Source: Bugula neritina (lineage: Eukaryota > Animalia > Bryozoa). Taken from it: a stretch of 64,000 nucleotides of DNA. Positions 55,401-64,000 of this stretch are shown here, one piece after another. Both the position numbers and the translations under genes were made by a program. Within the stretch, counting starts at the first letter, position 1. Every line of letters begins with the position of its first letter. The stretch spans positions 10,116,581-10,180,580 of the forward strand of contig OZ037767.1 of NCBI GenBank assembly GCA_964035545.1, written 5' to 3'. A model generated the notes under the pieces. The model had not been told where the DNA came from, did not search any database, and saw nothing but the letters and a program-made list of their open reading frames with translations.

Positions 55401-57815
55401 TGATGATATATTATATACAGTACATTTCTGATGGTATATGGTATACAGTACATGTCTGATGGTATATAATACACAGTACATGTTTGATGGTATATAATAC
55501 ACAGTACATGTCTGATGGTATATAATATACAGTACATGCCTGATGATATATTATATACAGTACACGTCTGATGATATATTATATACAGTACATGTTTGAT
55601 GATATATTATATACAGTACATGTCTGATGATATATAATATACAGTACATGTCTGATGATACATTATATACAGTACATGTTTGATGATATATTATATACAG
55701 TACATGTCTGATGATATACAATACACAGTACATGTCTGATGATATATTATATACAGTACATGTCTGATGGTATGTAATACACAGTACATGTCTGATGGTT
55801 TATACTATACAGCACATGTCTGATGATATATAATAAACTTGTGTGCAAATAAAATATTAACAACTTACCATGCAGGTGGAGGTATGTCAAAGATGAAGCA
55901 GGAAACATACAGACTGATGAATTTGGTGAGAAGATGAGAGAAAGCAATGCCAGAATGATAAAATGGTCAGATGGATCCCTTTCTCTCCAAGTCGGCTCAG
56001 AAATGTTTGATGTGTCTTCTATGCCGATAAAAGACCATAGTCACTTGTACATCCGTCAGGGTACAGGTTTACAGGGACAGGCTGTGTTTGAAAACAAGTT
56101 GACATTTAGGTGAGTTCTATGATAGTAATTATATCTTGATATATCTTATTATAGTTAGTGATGGTCCTGTTGCAAATGGTTTATAATATTGTTATCCATG
56201 TTTACATATACGCTGAGGTGAAATTCAGTCAAATCATAGTAAAACTTTTGCAGATTTTTTCTGTTCTCTTTATGTCTTTTGGTATCGTGCTAATGGCTAA
56301 TCCTTGTACCCATTCCTTCAACTGTGAAGTTATAAAGTTTAAAGCTTGATTTACTTAGCGAGTCATTTTGGTAAAGAAGCTTCAAGGAAAGTTAAAATAA
56401 GCCACATCACAATGACGTTTTATATAGATTTTTAAAGTTTAAGTAAAAAAGTGTAATACTGTTGATCAAGTAATACTGTTTATATATTCAGTTGTACTGC
56501 ATATTATGTAATGTGTAATAATGTGTTATATAATATGTAATACTGCAGATTATGTAATGTGTAGTGCATAAAAAAGAGCAATAATATGTATTTTGTAACA
56601 CTTGCAGACCTCACTCTACAGACTCATCCACTCACAAAAAACTGTCCATGTCTTTAGCTGACAGATCTGCAAAGTCAGCAAAGACCAAAGTACTTCCAGC
56701 TGCAGGTAGAGATTAACTATTTCAAATTAATCAAAATGTAGTTGTTGTGACACTTTTCGGTAGTCTGTTCCACATGCATGCATGCATCTGTGAGTACAAG
56801 TTGTATCATTAGAAGATAGTGCAAAGTATACACTTACACTGTTTGTATATTCAGGTGCTGACCCAGAACTTTCTAAGACTAAAAACATCAAGAAGGAAGA
56901 GGAGAGACTGAAGGCATCAATTCGCAGAGAAAATCAACAGAGACGGACACGAGAAAGGGCATATAACCGGAGCAGCCTAGACACCAGCTTCCTTGAAGAT
57001 GAGATGGATGTGAGTTTGGCAGCTATAAAGAATAAGTTCAAGGTTAGACGAAAAAACTTTGATTTGGTGTCCTAAATGTTAAGGTCAACTAATACCTCAT
57101 CCAACTTATTTTCATTATAGTAATTAGTTGCCATAATGTGTATACATTTGGTAGCCTATCTTAATTATGTTGAAGTCATTACCACTTTCTGCTCATTGGT
57201 TATGTAGTTTTTCACTCAGTTGACTTAGTTGAAAAGATTATAAAGATTTCTGTGAGAGTTATAGAGTTTGAGAAAATAAGCAGTTTTTATGCAAATTGAA
57301 TTAATTAGAATCAATCAAAGAAGAGCTATATTATATTATGTGTAATCGCTGTGGTATTACTGAGTATATATAGAATTTTATTTGATTATCAATACTTTGA
57401 AATATGTCAACACAACAGAAGCACAAGCCGTTTTGATATACCATTGCTGTCTAAAATCTTCGTTTTCTATATTCTCAGAAACTCCTTATTAACCTCTCGT
57501 GTGAAGATTCACTAATTTACTGTCTTGTGCTGAAGCTTGTTGTTTTAGAATCGTGGTTACTGTCTATACCTTCCTCAGAGTGTTGTGTGCTTGGGTATCT
57601 CCATCTGCACTTTGTTGATTTAATACTCAATTCTGTATTAGAAATTGAATAATGCCAAAGAAAGTAATTCGGAGTTGTCTGATTCCGCCGATGAAGAAGA
57701 TTGGAGGAGAAAGAGGCTACAAAAGGCAAAAAGACTCTCAGACTCAGATGATAATAACAGCAATGCGGAACAGGTTCTTTACTACTACTGCTACTGCTGC
57801 TGTTACTACTGCTAG
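52403..57815 (+). CDS. LEO1: RNA polymerase-associated protein LEO1-like, short paralogue 2 (about 315 aa, closer to canonical LEO1)
   Basis: Exons 52403-52426 (putative start), 54753-54982, 55876-56109, 56608-56705, 56855-57042 and 57642-57815. Motifs [88 protein letters not shown]. Confidence 0.9.
52619..54405 (-). mobile_element. Tc1/mariner DNA transposon, full length, transposase inactivated
   Basis: Perfect 27-bp TIRs cagtgctgtgaaaaagtttaaggacgc flanked by TA. Minus-strand transposase 52970-54007 has an HTH ([16 protein letters not shown]), [22 protein letters not shown] and ends GWPTKY; it carries a stop, frameshifts, and the catalytic E replaced by K. Confidence 0.95.
54998..55832. 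repeat. 28-bp minisatellite, about 30 units, in LEO1 copy 2 intron 2
   Basis: Unit atacagtacatgtctgatgatatattat with a few recurring variants. Confidence 0.95.
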
Positions 57816-58172
57816 TGCTACTAATGCTACTAGTGTTATCACTGCTACTAGTGCTACGGCTACTGCTTCTATTGCTGCTATCACTAGTCGCTATCGCTTC
57901 TAACTGCTACTACTAATACTGCTACTACTATTACTGATACTATTAATACTGCTACCACTATTACTGATACTACTCTTATTGCTACTGCTATTACTGCTAC
58001 TACTAATACTGCTACTACTAATACTGCTACTACTATTACTGCTACTACTGCCACCACTGCTACTACCGCTATCGCCGCTATCACCGCTACGACCGCTACC
58101 GCCGCCACCACTTCCACCACTGGCACCACTGGCACCACTGCCACCACTGGCACCACTGCCACCACTGCTACC
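57780..58172. repeat. Compound trinucleotide repeat (TAC/TGC grading into CAC/CGC)
   Basis: actactgct... then ccaccactgg units. Confidence 0.9.
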
Positions 58173-58363
58173 GTTTGTGATGCTATTATCATCATGTTTG
58201 AGCTATTATTACTGGTGTGTAGGCTGCTAGCTCTAAGCATGTCAAGAAATACCCTATATGTACAAATACAAAAATTACGTAATCTTTCATACGAATAGTT
58301 CTGCGATTTGAATTGCAGGGCGCAGGTGGTGAAATGGCGGCAAGTGATGAAATGGCGGAGCAA

Positions 58364-60946
58364 CCAGAAGTTACACAGTTAGTTTAAGGTCATTACTTTC
58401 CAGATTCAAGCACTGCTTTATGTTATATATAAACGGTTTCCAGGGGATAGCTCGAACAGTTTTTGTCTCACATTAACAAATTTTACATGAAAAGATAGCT
58501 CTTGCATTCCTCTTTCATATACTTTTTTAATTTTTCAATAAAAAATTTTCTGAGAAAGTTGTTGCATAATAAGTAAAATTTTACACCCTCCATGTTCCAC
58601 TGCTGTAGCACAGGGGATTCATTTTATAAAGTCTAAAAGTTAAACTTGACATTCCTTGATATGTTTTCTCTAATATACTTTCTTTGTTTTTTGAAATTCT
58701 GTTTATGCTCTTCACAATTTGGTAAAAACATACACCATTTTGCAAGTTTCACTGCAATTTTCTAAATTCTTCATATGGTGGTTCTAGCTACGCTCCTGTG
58801 ACTAATTATAACATTCCTAGTACGTTTGCCGCTCTGCGCTATCACAATAACATATAGCACCCTCTCGCACAAATTGGCAATCTATTGGATTTCTGCCAAT
58901 ATAATGTTCCCTGTTTTACATTAGCGCTTAGCTGAATCATCTCACTATGTTACAATAATATTATATTGAAAATGCCTCAGCACAACATAATTCTTTGTTT
59001 GTTTGGCAGAGTTAATTTCAGCTAAATCACTTCACTTTGCAGTCTTGTCAGCAGGTGTACTTTCAGTTTCTCTAATTCGCATATGATTATTTTAAGTACA
59101 TTGTATTCTATAAGATCAATTTAAGGTTTAATCCAGTGTTCAGTATCTAATTATTATGCATGTATGTTGTCTTACTGTTGAACAAAAGTTGAAAAAAAAC
59201 TTTACAATTATAGCCATATTTATTATACATGCGTAGGATTTGCATAAGTTGATAAAAAAAATTGCAACAAAACAGGGTTGAACCATGACCAACCAACTCC
59301 TCGCTGACGCCTCTAACCACTGGACCACACAGTCATCGATATTACAAACGCGCACTATATGAGTAACTATGATTACATGGATATTTCGCGCGCAAATGGG
59401 TTATAATTATTAGGCTGTCAATTGATGCTGATAGCAGTCAACTGTTGCAATAGTCTCAGGTTACTAGCAAAGCTAATGGTTTTGAACAAATAACCCAAAA
59501 GTTTAAAAAATAAGTAGCTTGCGTAATGCTAGCTACAAAAACAGGTCTGAAAATAGACTGGTAAAGCAAGCTCTTATTGTAGAGTTTGCAGATGTGCTCT
59601 AAAATAAAACTTAAACTGTATGCTATTACATAAGTATTTGTATGCGAGAGATAAATGGACATTACTGAGTTCCTGGAAAACAACATACTTGAAGTTAACT
59701 TTGACAATGGTGTGTTATTTTCATCATACACTAGCACAGATAGGGCCTATAGCATAAATCTCTAATCATATGAATCTTTATGAAGCCCACAGCTCATGTA
59801 AGGGTGGCAAATGTAATTTGAAACTAAAAATTGTGTTGCTGCATTGTGTCTAAGGTATATTAGAGAGCAGAATTTGGTTTTACTAGCCTACCCCAACGGC
59901 ATTCTACAATGCAGCTTATATGCTGGCAGTTGTAATAAGTACTGTCAATAGCAAGGTTACTATCACTGCTAGCTCTGTGCAGTATGTAACCTCTTGAATA
60001 ATTGCGCCAATTTTAAACTCTTGGAAGTTGGCCAAGTTATCATATCGCAGCCAGCCACCGGAGACAAAGCATCAGAGCTATTCATATAATATTATACTGA
60101 TGCACTTGGTAGCAGAGTGGCTAATCTAATATAGTTCATAGTTCAACACCCTTTACTTTGGGAATACAGCCTCTTTTTTTAGGTTTACCTTACAAAGCAT
60201 GAACATATCTAAACTGATATTCTGATAATTTAGAGGTACATTTTGAAAACTAGGTTAATTGCACTTGTTTGCACAACAACAATAATAAAATAGATATTAT
60301 GCAGTATAATAAAAACACACATAATACTATATAATATATTATAATGATAATAATATAATATTATAAGTACCATTACTGCATTTTATAAATCACATGGTTG
60401 CCAAAAAAATGTATCACAAATTTTGTAATTATACATCAAAAATAAAACTATAGCTAGGCAGCAGGTTAGAATAGAGTAAATTTTTAAAACATGAAATCAT
60501 GATTTGACTATATTGTTTTATTTAGGCTAACCAACCTAGGAATACAAGATTGGGTTTTAGCTGACAGTTTATAACATTTAGCTTTTGAGCCAGCAGCACT
60601 GGCACTTGTGAAGTATAGGCAAAGTTAGTGAAGCGAGACTAACTAGCACTCAAATACAAGGCATATTGAGACGCAATAACAAGTCAGGAGCGTATAAATT
60701 GAAAAGAATGTGGAAGGGGGACTATGTTTTTCAACAAGCTATAACTTAAACATGAATTGGTTTTTGAAAAAAATAAAAAAGTATATTGGAGAACATAAGT
60801 TTCTTTATCTTTTCATATTTTTTTTGTTCCTGTGACATTCAACCTGTTCGAGCTATCAGTGGAACATTGTTCATATAGAACATAAAGCACCTGGCAAAGA
60901 GCCAGAAAATGAAAAGTGTGACCTTAAACTAACTGTGTATGCCTGG
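58364..60946. mobile_element. Non-autonomous DNA transposon with long imperfect TIRs (about 230 bp)
   Basis: tacacagttagtttaaggtca (58372) is the exact reverse complement of 60919-60939; similarity continues inward (gctttatgtt.tatat, gatagctcgaacag, tgaaaagata, atatacttttt). No transposase ORF; ends are either TA-flanked (58374-60937) or AA-flanked (58364-60946). Confidence 0.8.
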
Positions 60947-62255
60947 AAGTGATAGTGAAGTAGTAGATGTCTAATTCTATGTTCAGAGATGCGAATGTAT
61001 TGAGGGAGCAAATTCCCCTTGCGTCGAATTTCGCTAAACTACACCTGCACAGCTTCTTACATATAATAATATTATGATGACAGAAGTAAAAATAGCTTTT
61101 CAATAATTGTTATATTATACACATAAAAAACTTTTGAAGGCATTTTTGTTATTTAGAAGTTTTCTTCTCACTATGTTCACAATTATATTAGTCAATAAAT
61201 ACCTTAAGTTTATATAATTATCATCTCTTTAAATAACTATTACCACACATGCATATGATTCAATACTGCTATTGCTGCAATGTCAAGTACAAACCCTTAT
61301 AGTGGGGGTGCCAACATGCAAAAATGGGCGGGTGGAGCACATCAATACTAACCTTTGTTGCTATATATCACTGCAAAGCTAACATTCTACTGATCTCAGA
61401 TCTGCAAGTACCTTTTTTGTATCTGGGGGGGGGGGTTCTCTCGTGAGAGGGGTGGATATACAGGGGTTCAGCATTTTTCAAGGGGGGACTATGGAACTCT
61501 AAATATTTAATTTTCTGAGTAGTTTAAGTTTGACATTAAAAATATTTTCAAGGAATGTTGTACACATATGAAACTTTCTCTAACAAAAGTTTTGACCAAA
61601 AATAAAAAAGTGGGCGGAGCCTATAATATGACAAACTACTTTTTTGCATATACCGGATATTCTCTAAACTGCTACTTTTCTGTTCTAGCATTTAGAATGT
61701 TGATTTTTAGTATGAAAACACTCTATTGTGTTCTAATAATGCTCTCCAGTTTTCATTACATTCTGAACTATATAACTTCTTTCCCAACCATGACAAATAA
61801 AAAACATAAAACGGGAGTTATCTCCTCCGTTATAAATTATTGCATTTCTACCCAATAATATTGCTCTTTGCTGATAGGAACAACATCAGCATGATAAAAA
61901 TGTATTCTTAGTGTATTTATATTAGCTTATTGACTTATTTTGAATAACTGATTACAATCAATACTATTAATATTCAATATTTACTGTATAAATTGAGTGT
62001 CAGCAATAATTAACAGACCACTAATATTCCATTTTTTATCCATAAGGATAGTAACATAAAATATGGTTCATAAAAAAGTAATATTATGATTTCAGCATCA
62101 CAAGCAATTACTATGCTCTTTTATATCAGATATTGGTAGACATTTTAATTGTATTTATTTATAAATAAGATGGTATTTAAATTTTAATTTACAATAGATC
62201 AAGCTTTATTACAAAGTTTTGTTATCTCTAGCGTTTATATACCAAATTAAATATA

Positions 62256-64000
62256 TTATAATTCTTCATCAGAACTGTGTTTGTTGCCATCATCATCATA
62301 ATCAGGCTCTTTGTTTGAAAAAGAAGACTGGCCACTTTTGTTGTTGCAATCGAAACATTCACATAAACCACAGCATTTCATCATCAGGCGCTTGCATTTG
62401 CATGCTTTACTCTTGCAGCCTGCTTTTTTGTATTTACATGCTGTTAAAATCACATCTGCATTGCTCTCAAAATCATATTTTATTGGAGTCAAGCTAATAT
62501 CCCAACCATGGTCAAAAATTGGCTGATGAAGTAAAATAGGTGTTAAAGCAAATTGCCAAAGTGTAACTTGATAGTTGGCTCGTTTCACGTGATATTCTAG
62601 GGAATTCCTGCTAGGTGGTAGCTGTGCTTCACTGGAGACATTTTTTAAAGCCAATATTTTATATCTTCCTTCAGTGATATCATCATAGGCACCGTATAGG
62701 TTGGAGACAAACCGTTCACACTCTAAGTATGTTTCATCTGATAATGGGGACCAATCATCAGAACCTAAAGACAGATTATAGCGTCCCTTTTCAAGTACCT
62801 CCAAAGCACGCTTTTTAGATATTCGGAAGATAGAACTTACTGAGTCCCAACCTGTAAGTGCATGGAGTGATAACAGATTCTTGAGAACTTTTTGTGGAAT
62901 TTTTTTGGCTAATTCAGAAAAAGATATACATCTTCTGTGACTCCATATTCCAATAAAGATTACTACATCTTTATTAGCCTGCTCAGTTAAAACATTACTA
63001 AGATGATGTTAAGCGCAATAATAGCAACATCGGTATCTACTGATCTTATTACTACCAAATCGTAATCACTCAGTGCATCAGCTGCGTGAAGGATTAATCT
63101 CGTGTCTGCTTCATCATGATTGGATTTCAATTTGTTACAATTGTAACGATAATGGTTTTGCAGAACACAGACTTCTTTGGCGCTACACACTAAAAATGTA
63201 CCAGCTGGAATTTTCTCAATATGTCTACTTCACACCTTCACTATGTAATCTACCAACTCATTTTTGTTGTGAATATTGCTCAGAAAAGCACTCCAGTTTT
63301 TGGGAACAGGCACGTTGTCATGAATAATGGAAATAGAGCACATCTGTTGGGCACCCCGTCTAATACCCTCTTGTGCTTTAATTGATGTTTCAGAATACAC
63401 GTCAAACACTACATCAACCCTTGTATATCCTTTGCCACATTCAAGAAATACTTCCAACATCTTCAGAGCGTAGTTATAAAAAGTGCCTGATGTTTTTGTC
63501 GAGTGAAGTATGCACATACCGTCAATAATGACCGATTTGTTGGTGGACAGTTGACTATCATCATTGGAGACCCTGTTTCCAAGATATTTCTGTTCCAAAA
63601 TATGCATTAGTTGCGATTTGCATATTTTTCTCATCTGTCCGTTTTCAGTAAATAGAGCAAGAGGAATGGGACCAATTTCTTTCTCTAGAACTGTATGCAA
63701 ATCTACTTCTCGGCTTTTGGCGCTTATGAGAAGTTTAGCAAATGATATTTTAGGAACATTTGGTTTAATGGCCGGTTGAAGTGGTTTAGCCACAAAGTCA
63801 AAGGAAGGAATTTTAAGCCAGTGAATAGCAGTGTAAAATGGTTTTATTGCATTCAAAAGTCTATCTTGAATAAACTTTTGAGCCGTGTCTGCTCCCTGAG
63901 CCGGAGCGGTCACTATTGACAAGGAGGTCTCAGCATCGGGACTTACTCCAGTAGCAATATTAATAAGTTCAGTTGAATTATTGCTAAACAACTTAACATC
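62256..64000 (-). mobile_element. Academ-like DNA transposon ORF (XPG/PIN-like nuclease plus C-terminal CXC cluster), frameshifted, 5' part off-window
   Basis: Motifs IIDGM, RVDVVFDVY..SIK..E..RRG, NW..FL....NK.EL, HDEADTRLILHA, VVIRSVDTDV, HALTGWDSVS, LPP....L..H..RA.YQ..W and a Cys-rich tail; split over several frames. Confidence 0.7.

Noticed and set aside
54998-55832. CRISPR-like regular repeat array
   Set aside because: Head-to-tail 28-bp units with no unique spacers, inside a eukaryotic intron, with no cas genes.
47725-57815. LEO1 duplication as a haplotype or assembly artefact
   Set aside because: The copies differ at many coding sites and by independent insertions, too much for alleles.
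57884-58363. Hydrophobic V/A-rich and poly-L/P ORFs resembling membrane proteins
   Set aside because: Frames of a trinucleotide repeat.

Overview
AT-rich, intron-rich animal (invertebrate-like) genomic DNA; the exon models below were assembled by hand from GT-AG sites and reading frame. Minus strand: (1) a multi-exon GRDP/DUF1399-family gene (about 122-9317, probably continuing off the left edge); (2) a complete 18-exon integrin alpha subunit gene (12857-25578, no alpha-I domain, RYKR cleavage site, GFFKR tail); (3) a second, strongly diverged but intact integrin alpha 5' module (35555-40552: signal peptide plus propeller blades 1-2 only). This module ends at the same aligned residue and splice phase as the first gene's own 5' module, and I found no downstream exons for it. 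It is the best candidate for an undescribed system: a locus with two interchangeable N-terminal modules spliced onto one constant body. Plus strand: two tandem, apparently intact, short LEO1 (PAF1 complex) paralogues (48244-50994 and 52403-57815) that lack the long acidic N-terminus and have diverged asymmetrically. Mobile DNA: a decayed Tc1/mariner inside LEO1 copy 2, a frameshifted Academ-like element at the right edge, a Gypsy integrase remnant, several MITEs, two tRNA-derived repeat families, and many micro- and minisatellites.
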